From: a virus | Reading direction: 5' to 3' (one strand) | DNA length: 64,000 nucleotides | Virus record (IMG/VR): IMGVR_UViG_3300033233_000027 | Coordinates: 1-64,000 of that record | In this document: piece after piece, positions 46,404-57,160 of the stretch | How positions within the stretch are numbered: the stretch's first letter is position 1 | Layout: each line of letters begins with the position of its first letter | The notes under the pieces: model-generated | What the model was told of the DNA's origin: nothing | The model's database searches: none | What the model saw: the letters and a program-made list of their open reading frames with translations, nothing else | Position numbers and translations under genes: made by a program

Positions 46404-46811
46404 TTACATTCCTTGGTCTATCTGTTGGCGCAGGATTTCTACCAGCCGATGGATAATCTCTGAGAATTCTTCTGTGTAAGACGGGTCCCACCGCGCATCT
46501 TCCAATTCTATATGCTTAACCTTCCTTGCGGTCTTCCACCTCTTCAGAAGCTGCCTTGCCGTCGAGGCTCCATCGGCGTCCAGATAACATTCATCGATTC
46601 TGACGACGGTGTGCATGTATCCGTTTTCGCTTACAAGAAAGACTGGCGTGACTTCACCCAGCCATGCCTTGAGAGATTTAGCCAGGATTTGACAACCACC
46701 AGTCGTCCAATCCTTGGCACCAAAATCATAAAGGATTTGATATGCCTCATCTGACTTTATCACCTCTCGTATCCTCCGACCAAGTTCTTTAAGAACAGGC
46801 GAGCAAGCCAT
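46404..46811 (-). CDS. Small papain-fold-like Cys-His-Asp protein
   Basis: GGCQILAKSL...HTVV.....YLDADG. Confidence 0.65.
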   Translation of the reverse strand: MACSPVLKELGRRIREVIKSDEAYQILYDFGAKDWTTGGCQILAKSLKAWLGEVTPVFLVSENGYMHTVVRIDECYLDADGASTARQLLKRWKTARKVKHIELEDARWDPSYTEEFSEIIHRLVEILRQQIDQGM

Positions 46812-46829
46812 ATAATCCTTCCTCCGGAA

Positions 46830-47225
46830 TTACGAATTAGGTTCGATCTCCATCGCCTTCGCGACCCGCGCCAGACACGACCCGCAAGTCTTGCAATCTT
46901 CCGGATTCGGACGATCGGTGTACCACCTACTCGGCCCTCGGTATTTCGCCGGCGCGTCTTCCCCTTCCCAAGTAACGCACGGCATCCCTGCGGCCTCGTC
47001 GACAACATCCCGCCTCGCTTCAGCAAGCTTTGCGGCCGGATGAATCTCAAGCGCCATCACGCGTTCAGCTTGGCGCACGGCGTTTCCCCATGAATCGTCT
47101 CGCACATCCGATCCCTCTATCAATACAGCTACCGTAGCCTGGAGTGCCTGCATGAGAGCGTTGCACCGAAGAGCGATTAGCTCCAAGTCTTGGCTGAGAA
47201 TGGCGATGCGTTCTTCTGGAGTCAT
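46830..47225 (-). CDS. Hypothetical protein with C-terminal Cys cluster
   Basis: CKTCGSC; shares KLAEARR with 52639..53256. Confidence 0.6.
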   Translation of the reverse strand: MTPEERIAILSQDLELIALRCNALMQALQATVAVLIEGSDVRDDSWGNAVRQAERVMALEIHPAAKLAEARRDVVDEAAGMPCVTWEGEDAPAKYRGPSRWYTDRPNPEDCKTCGSCLARVAKAMEIEPNS

Positions 47226-47252
47226 GCTTCACTAGATTCGCGCTTATGGGTC

Positions 47253-47678
47253 CTATTCGACCCTAAGAAACACAGGCACCGTCTTATAGCCAAGATTGCT
47301 TGCCGCAAAAGCTCTATGATGTCCCTCCATCCACACGTTGTCTTCATCTAGGGTATCCATCAGCATTGGCCTCAGGGTTCCTCCAGCTTCCAGCCCCATC
47401 ATTACGTTGCGCACGCGACTATCAGATATCATGACGCATGAATCCCAAGCGACCTGAACCGCTTCCTCAGTTGGGAATTTGCGCTCAAATTTCCATGCTG
47501 TTTTCACAGCAGATCCGCCAAGGTGGCCCACGATCTCATGCTGATGTTCTGTGGGTAGCTCCGAAAATTTGTAGTATTTCTTCACTGGGTTTCTCCAGTC
47601 ATCATTCAGTCGAATTACGCCCTCGGTACGAACAATGGCCCGGCGAGCAGGCGATACATCCGTCGTACACTTCCGCAC
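47253..47678 (-). CDS. ParB/sulfiredoxin-like domain protein
   Basis: LRPML......MEGHHRAFAA..LG...VPV; start uncertain. Confidence 0.7.
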   Translation of the reverse strand: MRKCTTDVSPARRAIVRTEGVIRLNDDWRNPVKKYYKFSELPTEHQHEIVGHLGGSAVKTAWKFERKFPTEEAVQVAWDSCVMISDSRVRNVMMGLEAGGTLRPMLMDTLDEDNVWMEGHHRAFAASNLGYKTVPVFLRVE

Positions 47679-47869
47679 ACATCGCAGATCCTTCCCTCAA
47701 ACTCATTGCCGTGAGCCTGGTCAAGGAAATACTCCGGGGCTCTATAGGACGACTTGTCCTTGCTCTCCGCAAGTCGATCACGGGCGTTCGCATAGACGAT
47801 GCCGCAGTCAGCGCAGGCGCATGGGATGTCGGTGTAGCCCATCAGTCATCTCCTCACTTTCGCTCTGAA

Positions 47870-48136
47870 TCACGCCCTCGGAGGCCAATTCCAATGACCA
47901 CGCTCCGGTTTCTCGCTCCACGAAACGGATGGCATATCGAACTGGCCGGTTGCGTAGAAAATGTGCAACGAGACTCGGTACTTGTTTTCCTCGATGTCGG
48001 GCATCGCCATGCCGGGGCCGAACTGATTGTGAAGTTGAACGGCGGTGATGATCGCCGCCTGTGTTTCAGGCGGATATTTACCGTCCTTGTCCCCGAGGTT
48101 CGTGTAGTGGACGATGCGCCCAATGGTCGGAATCAT
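47870..48136 (-). CDS. Conserved phage hypothetical protein
   Basis: MIPTIGRIVHY...AAIITAV...GHWNWPPR. Confidence 0.8.
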   Translation of the reverse strand: MIPTIGRIVHYTNLGDKDGKYPPETQAAIITAVQLHNQFGPGMAMPDIEENKYRVSLHIFYATGQFDMPSVSWSEKPERGHWNWPPRA

Positions 48137-49188
48137 TTCGTCTCCTTTCGTGATTCGCTGGACTTGCGCTTCGCATTCCCCCATCTGAGAATCGGGTGCG
48201 CGCCAGCGCCGTATCCGCACGCAGCATGAGTCCCCCCATGCCCCTCCTTACGGGTGCATCCGTACGTCTGCCGCGATGCACCGCACTGACCATCAGTACA
48301 GCACAGTTTGCAATTCTTCATGGATGTCATGATCCGCCCTTTCCGCTGTAAAAACGCATCGTATTCGTCATGTAGCACGACGAGGTTGCAGGATCGGCAA
48401 GCTCCGCGCCAGGAGATCCGCAACGCACTCGGTGCAGAACGTACGCCGCTGCCCCTCTCCACCGCCGCTTGGCGTGAAATGCAGGGCATGGCAATCGCCG
48501 TGCTTCTCGCATTCATATTTCTTTGGAGGAGACATGTAGAAATACTCGCCCGTCTCACCCATCTCCATTACTACTCCCTCTCTCTAGTAGCACTCGTATC
48601 GTACGGTGTCGTTGGAAGGGGGGCCTGCCTACCCGATGGCTGGTCAGCGTGCGCTCGCACAACACGCGACTCCTCGCCCGTCTTAGGCCCCCAGATGATC
48701 CCCTGCCCACAACAGGATCGACAAGGTTCTGGCGCGGTTGACGAACTCGATCCCGTCCAGAGATAGAAACTGTTCGGCACGGTCCCGCGCCCGAGACATA
48801 CCGGACATTGGAATGGCTGCATGTTTCCTCCTGTCACTTTTGGTTCGAATTACGCTTTCGAAGCGGCCACCTGCAAACACCCTGCGGGGGACGTCGAGTC
48901 CTTCCACAGACAAGGCACGGGCCTCTACCTGCCATCGTGTTCGCCAGTCCAGCAGACCACCGATGAATCTTCATGGACGGCCCGAATTCCGCTGCGTGCT
49001 CTTGCTTATCTTCATTGGGCTACACGCAGAATATTTCCACCATCGCATGATCCTGCACGTCGTATACGCCGCGCCAGTCGGCTCATGTTCTCTGCGAGGA
49101 TGGCACGGTCTAGCTAGGCTATGCGGATCATGCACTATCAATCCGCAGCACGAGGTTTCGGCAACGTAGACTACCGCTTTCGGCTTCT

Positions 49189-49647
49189 TCATATTCGCCC
49201 CGAACCCTGCTTCGTGATTTGTTTTCGAACCCAATGGAGCACCTCTTCGTACCGCTCCTCCGGGGTCGCGCACGAATCTACGCGCTCATCGTTCGTATAG
49301 GCGATCTCTGCCGCCAACGAACCGACAATCTTTAATTCGTGCTCAGCAAAAGACACGGATGTAGAGGCAGTTGCTCCACGACATTCAAGTTCATCGATGG
49401 CGTCCGAACGAGAAACGCCCTTGGCGATTTTGCGATGCACAGCGAGCGCACCCAATGCGCAGACATCCCCCTCAAAGGCAAGGAACGAAGTTGTCAGCCG
49501 TTTCACCGGCATTGCCAGCAGAGCGGCTTCCAGCTCTCGAAGGACCGCTTGGCCCTTCTTCCCATTCACGGCATTCTTAGTCGCCTGCGCGTACAGCTCT
49601 CCCTGATTCGGGAAGTCTTCCTCGTCTGAATCGTCGAATCTACTCAT
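49189..49647 (-). CDS. Conserved phage hypothetical, paralogue of 54711..55163
   Basis: A.NGK.GQ..L.EL..ALLA.P.KRL......EG.VCALGALA. Confidence 0.85.
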   Translation of the reverse strand: MSRFDDSDEEDFPNQGELYAQATKNAVNGKKGQAVLRELEAALLAMPVKRLTTSFLAFEGDVCALGALAVHRKIAKGVSRSDAIDELECRGATASTSVSFAEHELKIVGSLAAEIAYTNDERVDSCATPEERYEEVLHWVRKQITKQGSGRI

Positions 49648-49689
49648 CGGTCCTCCTCACTGCGCAAAAGGGTAGGTCTCTGGGTCACA

Positions 49690-49753
49690 AAACCCGCCGC
49701 CCCGTCCGCGTCCTACTCTCAGCATCCGCTAAAAGCGCGGCGGGGCGACGGCG
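49690..49753 (-). terminator. GC-rich hairpin with T-run after HNH gene
   Basis: CGCCCCG..CCGCG / CGCGG..CGGGGCG followed by TTTT on minus. Confidence 0.5.
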
Positions 49754-49758
49754 TAAAT

Positions 49759-50298
49759 CTATCGAAGAGCGGGGTCCAGTAAAACACGAAACGTAAGCCC
49801 CTTCTTCGCTCTGTAGATAGTCGCGATAGACACCCCGTACCGCTTCGCGAGAGCCGCGTCAGACTCCGAACTCCTGCGGATCTTCTTGACGTCATCCACC
49901 TTCAGCTTCGCCGTGAAATACCCGTGCCATCGAATCGAATCGTGCAGATTGTCCCTTTGCCGCTGCACTTGCAGGTGATCCGGGTTCACGCAGAGCGGCA
50001 CATCGCAGCGATGCGCCAAGACCATGCTCTTTCCTTTCGGCAACTCTCGGCCAGCGATGATCCAACTGACCTGAGAGGCGTAGAGCGGTTTGTGACCAGG
50101 CCAAGAAGCCTGAGCGCGTTTCGTTACCGGATTCACGAACCCGACCCACATCCAACAGCCGTCAGGACGCTTCTTGACGTACTTGAAAAAGTTGTAGATC
50201 CACCTATCCTTGGTCCCCTGTTTCGGGATGGCACACAGCGAGCATTTGCCGTTCGCCCACTCGTGTTTTTGGCGCCTGACTTCTCCACACTGAACCAT
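49759..50298 (-). CDS. HNH homing-type endonuclease with C-terminal HTH
   Basis: GCWMW.G, HRCDVPLCVNPDHL...DN, AKL...DVKKIR....ALAKRYGVS. Confidence 0.9.
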   Translation of the reverse strand: MVQCGEVRRQKHEWANGKCSLCAIPKQGTKDRWIYNFFKYVKKRPDGCWMWVGFVNPVTKRAQASWPGHKPLYASQVSWIIAGRELPKGKSMVLAHRCDVPLCVNPDHLQVQRQRDNLHDSIRWHGYFTAKLKVDDVKKIRRSSESDAALAKRYGVSIATIYRAKKGLTFRVLLDPALR

Positions 50299-50854
50299 GA
50301 ACAGATCCCTTCATCCACGCTGGACAAATCTAATCAATTACGACCGTCACATCGGACACGTCAGTCGCCCCATCTGGAAGCCCGAGCTTCTTCGCTTCCC
50401 GTGCGGCACGTTCCACTTCGCGCCGGGTGTAATACACCTTGGCGTACTGCTCTTGGGTCCAATCCTGCTGACCATCCCAGTACGCAGGACTGGGCGCGAT
50501 CCATCCCCCGTTGATCGCCACCACGACATAGGCATCACGCATTACTGCACCTTTTATTCCAAAAGTGCTGATGCGGCGGGATCTTTCAATCCCATCCCTC
50601 CGAAGAGGGAAGTTATCAGCACCGCATCAGCAGGTTTTGAATCAATCACGCCTTCCTTTGACGCTTTTCATCTATGAGGTAAGTGGCTCGAAGAACGATC
50701 CCGAGCGCGTATCCCCACTTCCTGAAGTGTGGGAACTTCTTCTCCATCTTTGCGATGAACGGTTCCCCGGCATCCCAACCGCCCCGCTTTATGAGTTGGC
50801 CGTACTTCGTCAGCGCGTCTTGCATCTTCTTTTCCATGTCGCCCTCTTCATCTT

Positions 50855-51283
50855 TCACGACTTGTGAAACATCCTGCACCGATCCGCTTCTGCGATTAGC
50901 CTTGGAATCTCCTTCTCCAGCACGGACAAGTAGGTCCACGTCCAAGCAAGCGACTCCCGGCTCTGGAAGTTCTTGGCACGCTTCTTCCAGTGAGGAGCCC
51001 CGCCCGCCTCAATCCACACCAACCCGAACGGGTCGCTAACCTCATCTGGCTGGATCAGCCCATCCGGACAGGCGATTGCCAAGGAGGAACAGAACCGAGA
51101 ATAGAGTTGCCACTTCTTGTCCTTCAGAAAATCGCCTCGATCAACCTTGATCTCGAAACCCCTGACCCACCTTTGCGTGATGTCGATCAGAACGGCATCA
51201 ACCCGTAACTCGCCATAGGTGAACTCTGGGATGAAGAGGCCACCAAAGCCTCGAATCACGCGCTTGATGTCTTCCGCAGTCAT
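50855..51283 (-). CDS. MmcB-like PD-(D/E)xK nuclease-fold protein
   Basis: RVDAV....GFEIKVDRGDFLKD.KWQ.Y..FC. Confidence 0.8.
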   Translation of the reverse strand: MTAEDIKRVIRGFGGLFIPEFTYGELRVDAVLIDITQRWVRGFEIKVDRGDFLKDKKWQLYSRFCSSLAIACPDGLIQPDEVSDPFGLVWIEAGGAPHWKKRAKNFQSRESLAWTWTYLSVLEKEIPRLIAEADRCRMFHKS

Positions 51284-52638
51284 CGTCTTACTCCTGCATG
51301 GCCCACGTTTTCACGATTTCCCGCTGCGGATATCCTTCACGATTCCCCGTACGACACCATTGACTACGGTATGCCCATGAATCGCGTAGGACTCCGCGAT
51401 CTTCGCGTCCAGCTCGCGCTGCTCGGCCCGCGCCAGTTCGGCGCAGACATCGCAGAAATGGCCTAGGTGGGATATCTCGAGGCTCTTCGGTGCGTTCATG
51501 TTTTCCTCAGAGAGTGCATGTCTCAGGATCGCTACTGACCTTCCAGCAGTCATCCGTCTTCCCACACTTCGGGCACGGCTTCTCCGTTACCGAGCATCTC
51601 CGGTCCATGTCTAGCTGGGCGCGGGATCGAAACTCGTTTCCGCACCAGCAAAAGCAGGTAGATTCGCCGATCTTCTCCCAAGGCTTCATACCCACCCATC
51701 ACCTTCCGTTCAGTCTGCGACCCCAAGGGCCTTCTTCGCAATTCCATCGATCCGTGCGACATCCACCTTCTTTATTAGCCAGTATTTGCTGGAGAGCCGG
51801 ATCTTCTTCAATGCAGAACGAAGCATCCGCACTTCGTTGACGAGACCTGGAACAAAATCAGCGATCCTGTCGGGTGGCATATATCGGTTGAATGCCGCCA
51901 GCATGGATTCAAGAGTCTTCTCGTCAATCATCTCTACACGACCTGCGTATTCACGTACTTTTCGAGGGTTGCCGAAGCCTTACGCTTTACCATCTCTATC
52001 TGAGCTGCGAACCCTATACTGTGGCCTGGATCAGCAACGACGACATCGGAAGCCTCGACGAGAGTGGCTAATGTTGCATTGAGGCCAGCCCAGAGGTTCC
52101 TCTTCGCCTCTTCCAATTCGAGATACGAACCAGAACTCCCGACCATAGGCTTGATCGGCCCACGAAGCCTACGGACCTCTTCGATCAACTCCAGAATTAG
52201 AACTCGATTCCCAACATGACCGTATTGCGCCTTGACCTTCTTCTCAATCTCAACCAATCGTTTGTCGTCGATCATCTCTTCACCTTCTGCTCAATTAGCG
52301 CATCACAACGGACAGAAATAGCCCAGCCAAACAGTCCTTACAGAGCGTACAGCCACGAAGCCATCCACTAATCACCTTTGAACCGCAACGGCATCGGCGT
52401 ATCTTCTTGAGCTTTTTCATCAGTCACCTTCTATTCATTACACGTCTTCTTGCACTTCGTACGATCGCGGCTCTATCTGCACTCGGATATCTTCAAACGC
52501 ATCGACCCAAGGGCCACCCCTGGTGACTTGGTACTCTTTTACGAACGAGTCGCCTTCATTCTTCACGACTACTAGAGTACGATCTGGAAGAACAAGTAAC
52601 CTACGAGCAAGTTCGTGTGATGTCATCGAAGCATCCAA

Positions 52639-53256
52639 TTACGACTCTAACTTCCGCAACTCTGCCAGCGCGTTGTATACAGCATCCACCGCCCCGTCTC
52701 CTGCCCACCACCGAATACCAGCAGCGCAGACCGCTCGCCGTGCCTCCGCGAGCTTGGTTGCGCGGGGAATATCTATGGCTATGGCTCGTTTCAGGCCATC
52801 ATGCTCAGCGTCTGGACAGCTTCGCCAATCGCAAACGGTTACTGGAGCCTTGCTGATTTCTCTCCGCAGTTCGGAGATTATCTCGCCTAGGGCTTCTCGC
52901 TCATCGATGCAACGCATAAGGCTGTCGCAGTTAGTATCACGCATTTGTCCAGCTTCTTCAGCTCGCCGCTTCCATTCGTCTCGTTCCTTCCTCGCCTCAT
53001 CCACGGCATCCCCAGCCTTCTTCGCCTGCTCCTGCATCTCCTGTGCGTGGGCCTTCCACTCGTCTCGTTCCCTCGCCACGCGATCATAGTCCTGCACGGC
53101 CTTTGCCCACTGCTCCGAGGAGAGTTTGGCGAAGGACTGACCTTGAGTGCTAAGGATCTTCATATCAGCGCGTGGTTCTTCCTTCATCGTTCTTTCCTTC
53201 TCCGCTTGCGGCACAGTGGACATCTTGGCTTTAGCCTTACGTATACCCCGATCCAT
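52639..53256 (-). CDS. Coiled-coil hypothetical protein
   Basis: AR.ERDEWK repeated twice. Confidence 0.65.
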   Translation of the reverse strand: MDRGIRKAKAKMSTVPQAEKERTMKEEPRADMKILSTQGQSFAKLSSEQWAKAVQDYDRVARERDEWKAHAQEMQEQAKKAGDAVDEARKERDEWKRRAEEAGQMRDTNCDSLMRCIDEREALGEIISELRREISKAPVTVCDWRSCPDAEHDGLKRAIAIDIPRATKLAEARRAVCAAGIRWWAGDGAVDAVYNALAELRKLES

Positions 53257-53292
53257 TCGTGTTTCACGCAGGAGGTTCTCATCGAATCCTCT

Positions 53293-53532
53293 CTACGGGT
53301 GTCTCGCGTGAACCATCGCATTCGCCATCTCAAAGGCATCATGCGCCAGCTTTTCATATCGCACATCTTTGGCTGCTGGATTTGCCAAAATCCCAACCAA
53401 CGACAGCCCTGCGTAAAAGTCACGAATCGTCAGCCCCTTGTCGGAGAGCATTTCACGCCACCCAGCCTCAGCTTTGTCTCTGATGGCATCCAGATCCGCC
53501 CCTACGGCCCGGCGCGATTCTTCAACATCCAT
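53293..53532 (-). CDS. Conserved phage hypothetical (GLTIRDFYAG motif)
   Basis: GLT.RD..A...L.G.LA........A..A...A.AM pattern. Confidence 0.75.
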   Translation of the reverse strand: MDVEESRRAVGADLDAIRDKAEAGWREMLSDKGLTIRDFYAGLSLVGILANPAAKDVRYEKLAHDAFEMANAMVHARHP

Positions 53533-53557
53533 CTCTTCACCCTTTGGCTAAAATGCG

Positions 53558-53842
53558 TTATCGCTTAATGGAAGTCAGCGTAGGATGCTTCTTCAGGAAC
53601 TTTTTTGCCCAAGGCGGGGTGCCTTCATAGTACAGAAGATCTGGGCAGATGTCGGCACCGTTCGGCCAAGCCAAACACCCCCCTTCCCCAACACGCACTT
53701 TTGAGAATCTCCTGTGATCCTTGAGCGGTTCGAAGATTATTCCACTTAGATACGGTTCGAGGTTCATCTCTTTCGTGCTGCCATCCCTGAACGTGATCGC
53801 TACATCGAATCCAGACTTGACAACAACTTTAGTAATTCTCAT
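53558..53842 (-). CDS. DUF2442 family protein
   Basis: I.F.DG......L...L.G.IFEPLKD...F..V.V...G.L.WPNGADICPD.LY. Confidence 0.88.
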   Translation of the reverse strand: MRITKVVVKSGFDVAITFRDGSTKEMNLEPYLSGIIFEPLKDHRRFSKVRVGEGGCLAWPNGADICPDLLYYEGTPPWAKKFLKKHPTLTSIKR

Positions 53843-53852
53843 CTTGTTACTC

Positions 53853-54116
53853 CTACTTTCTCAGCGGATCTATTCCACCTGGATTCTGTCCGCTCATCAC
53901 TAGATTCCACGCTCGAATGAGTTCAGCGCGATGAAGTTCTGCCCAAGCAAGGACAAGCCGCTCGTCCCTTATTTTCAATTCACCAGCCAGAAGCTCTAGC
54001 GTTTCGAGCGAGTATTTTGCCTCATACTCTCCGTGCTCTGCATGAAAATGAGGAGGAAGATGGTCGTTCCAGTTCATCCTGATAATGATTCCGAAGAAGC
54101 GGCTTAGGGTCGGCAT
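53853..54116 (-). CDS. DUF4160 family protein (TA-like pair with DUF2442)
   Basis: MPTLSRFFGIIIRMNWNDHLPPHFHAEHGEYEA...WAELHRAEL...W. Confidence 0.9.
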   Translation of the reverse strand: MPTLSRFFGIIIRMNWNDHLPPHFHAEHGEYEAKYSLETLELLAGELKIRDERLVLAWAELHRAELIRAWNLVMSGQNPGGIDPLRK

Positions 54117-54128
54117 AGGGCCTCGCAC

Positions 54129-54248
54129 AAAAAAGGAGCCCCCTGGCTTACCCACGGTTTTGACATGGCAGGGGGCCCCGCCGAAGATTTCGTAGAACGT
54201 ACCGGGAGTAAGCATCCGAAGACTACCCTAGAACTGAGCTAAGGTCAA
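54129..54248 (-). promoter_or_regulatory. Promoter plus terminator-containing leader of the DUF4160/DUF2442 pair
   Basis: TTGACC-N17-TAGTCT (54248-54220); stem GGGGCCCCCTG/CAGGGGGCTCC followed by T6. Confidence 0.65.
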
Positions 54249-54710
54249 GTACGATCACCACTCTTGTCTATATTTCGCCCGCTGTTTTGCCGCCCTTCTA
54301 TACGCCTGGTCATCCGTGTGTGGCATATTCTCTGCTGGCGCAGGGCCTCTGAGGATCAGGGTGGCTAGGCAACTGCGGCAAAGTGGTCGCAATGCTGCGG
54401 CGCACGAACTGTCCTTGCCGTACTCGCATCCCATCTCAGAGATCTTCTCAAGTGCCAGCTTGTAGTTTGGGTTTCCCATTCAGTCCTTTTTCGCCGGCAT
54501 TGGCCTGAGTTTCATTCGGATTGCAACGCAGGAACAGCATCGCTCCGTCACAGCTTCCGTAGGCCTCTTGTCAGTATCGAGTTCATCCCGCCCGATCTCC
54601 ACCCAGCTTGAGTGCGGACATTGTGTCGCCTTGGATACATCCGAATCGCTTCCAAGATATACTGGGGTAGTTATCTCCCACTCCCCTTCCTGATAGCTTC
54701 TCATCGCATT

Positions 54711-55163
54711 TCAATCCTTCTGTGAAGCCCCTTTGAGCGCGTTCTCTACCCAACCAAGCATTGCCATGTACCGCTCTTCTGGATTTCGGTATCCGAATCT
54801 GTATTCTCCATCGTTCAGGTACATGATTTCCCAGACGATGTTGAAGGAGGCCCCGAGTCTGTCGGCAACGTAGCCATCCTCCTGTTCATTGAATTCGCGG
54901 GCCACTTCGTCTAAGGCTTCATCTAGCGTCTTACCTTCTTTGAGTCTTCGCTGGAGGGCTAGGGCACCCAGAGCGCATACCTCTCCCTCTTCAGAGAAGG
55001 ATCCTCCGATCAGGCGCTTCTGAGGGAGGGCAAGAAGCGCATCGCGAAGTTCACATAGGAATGATTGTCCACGCTTACCGTTGATCGCTCGTTCGGTGTT
55101 CGCCCGATAGAGCTCAAGCTGGTTTGGGAACTGATCCATGCATCCAGGCTCACCTCGGCTCAT
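54711..55163 (-). CDS. Conserved phage hypothetical, paralogue of 49189..49647
   Basis: FPNQ.ELY...AINGKRGQ...PEERY...L.WV. Confidence 0.85.
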   Translation of the reverse strand: MSRGEPGCMDQFPNQLELYRANTERAINGKRGQSFLCELRDALLALPQKRLIGGSFSEEGEVCALGALALQRRLKEGKTLDEALDEVAREFNEQEDGYVADRLGASFNIVWEIMYLNDGEYRFGYRNPEERYMAMLGWVENALKGASQKD

Positions 55164-55252
55164 TTCTAATCCTTTCGCTGTTTTCTGATGCGCTAGTTTT
55201 GTCGTTTACCCATGGGTACGGAGCAAATCTAAGGGCTTGTTTTCAGGCCTTT

Positions 55253-55654
55253 TCAGCAATCAACGCCATCGGCGTACTTTTCAACAGCTTTTGCAAGAGT
55301 CAGGTTTCCTTTGCCGTACCAGTAGACGAGTTCGTCTGGCCTCCACCGTTGGAGTGCATCTTTCTTGTGTACTGGCCGAATCTCGACATGAGTTTCCAGT
55401 TCGTTAGGCTCTGCACGCCTAGCCAGCCTACTGGCCTCAGCCTCGCTATCGGCCGCAACGTACATAGTCCGAACCACGCGCACCCAATACAGTTTCATTT
55501 CATCGGCTCCACGGTATTCCTCTCCAAGAGTGTTGAGGATCTCGATTGCTTTCAAGACGCATCGTGGACTGATTGGCTTACCATCGTACGAGTCCCAGCC
55601 ATACTGATACGACGCGAAGCTCTTCAGCTTTTCAATTGCCTCTGCGCGTTCCAT
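55253..55654 (-). CDS. Hypothetical protein
   Basis: GWDSYDGKPIS motif common in phage hypotheticals. Confidence 0.65.
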   Translation of the reverse strand: MERAEAIEKLKSFASYQYGWDSYDGKPISPRCVLKAIEILNTLGEEYRGADEMKLYWVRVVRTMYVAADSEAEASRLARRAEPNELETHVEIRPVHKKDALQRWRPDELVYWYGKGNLTLAKAVEKYADGVDC

Positions 55655-56602
55655 CCATTCACCCTTAGCTACAGTCTCACGAATACTTCACTTTTGCTTG
55701 AGCTCGGATCAGGGCATCCATCTCCACGACAACATCCACGCAGCGGTGTAGATGCCTGAGTAGATCATTCCTACATGAGAGAAACGGGCCTTTCTCTTTG
55801 TACTCCGATAGGATTCCCTCAAGTGGTTTCCCACCGAAAACGCTTCCACCGTAGAGATGCGCATGCACATTAGCGATGGATTCTCGTACCATCTTCGCTA
55901 TTTTCGCCCTATCGCTTATTTTCCTCTTCATGTCACTTCCCTAAACGCGAATTGTGTCAAACCCTTGCTCCCTAGCGAATTTTGCGCAATCGGCACAGGT
56001 GTAATCCATGTAGTGCCAGATCGTTTTGTGCTCTCCGACTCCAGGGCCCGCAGTCGTGCATGGGGTCTCGCAACGATATCGAACGCGATGCGTAGCTCGA
56101 ATCCGTTTGTATTTTGGTTCAGAAGAACATTGATCGCAGGTACGCATGTTTCCTCCCATTCACGACTACAGGTTGTCTTGCACTACTGCGCCAAAGTCGG
56201 CCATGTGGACAAAAGACTTCTCAACGGCTTCCCGATTCGGGAACGTACTCGGGAAGCAATCGAAGATATGTGAGGCCCACCGCTGAACAAACTCGGTACG
56301 TCCGATTTTTACGATGCGGCGCGGTGTCACTAGGTTGATGCGTCCGCACCACGGGCATTTCGGATGCTGTTTCCGGCCCCTGTGTCCGCGCTTCTCAAAA
56401 TGCGCTACGCCGCTCATCGCTTTCCCCCGATCTGCCTGAACGTGTACCCGTAAAGCACGGCATCTCTGAGTGCGCGTTTGATCTGATTCTGCGGAATCGC
56501 TCTTCCGAATTTCTGCGGGTCGGCTCGCTTTATCAGGTCGGCCAGCGCCGCCTTCGCGAAGGCTTCAGCGTGAATCGTGACTTTGTTCACAGTCTCTCCC
56601 AG

Positions 56603-57070
56603 TTACGTAGTCACTTTCGGCATTCTCATGCACGGTTTGCAACGCGAATAGCTCGTCGAAGGAGCGGTATATCGATTCTCCAGTGTCTGCCTGTGCCCGC
56701 GCTTGCAATACGGCCTCTTCAGCGAGCGACCGATGTTCTCTTTGTGAGTCACCACCTCCAAGTGCGCCGGGTTCACGCAAGAATGCACGCGGCATAGATG
56801 GTCAATCTCTTTATCATGCGGGATGTTCTTTCCAGTCGAGAGAGCCCATGAGATTCGATGCGCTCTCCGCTCTCCATTCGTACCGAATTGACCGTAGCCA
56901 TTTCTGTAAATCGTCCCGGCCCACAACCAACAAGTGTCGGTCTTGTTGACCTTGCGCCAGAAATTGTATAGGTATCTCGCCTTTGTTCCGAGCTTAGGAA
57001 TCTGGCAGACAACGCAACGGCCATGCCTCCACTGGTGATATCTATTTACCTGATGCTTTTGCGCAGCCAC
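56603..57070 (-). CDS. HNH homing-type endonuclease
   Basis: TCWLWAG....NGYGQF....RAHRISW...IDHLCRVHSCVNPAHLEVVT..EN, CKRGH. Confidence 0.92.
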   Translation of the reverse strand: MAAQKHQVNRYHQWRHGRCVVCQIPKLGTKARYLYNFWRKVNKTDTCWLWAGTIYRNGYGQFGTNGERRAHRISWALSTGKNIPHDKEIDHLCRVHSCVNPAHLEVVTHKENIGRSLKRPYCKRGHRQTLENRYTAPSTSYSRCKPCMRMPKVTT

Positions 57071-57089
57071 CTATCCTCCATTCACGTAG

Positions 57090-57160
57090 TAGGCCGTAGA
57101 GGAGTCGAACCTCTATCAAGCCCTTATAAAGAGCCCGCTCTACCGTTGAGCTAACAGCCT
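57090..57160 (-). tRNA. tRNA-Ile(UAU)
   Basis: AGGCTGT/ACGGCCT acceptor, GCTC/GAGC D-stem, loop TT TAT AA, GGTTCGACTCC T-arm; no encoded CCA. Confidence 0.85.

Noticed and set aside
44266-57160. tRNAs as integration (att) boundaries
   Set aside because: No duplicated tRNA 3' end noticed and phage-type genes continue on both sides of each.
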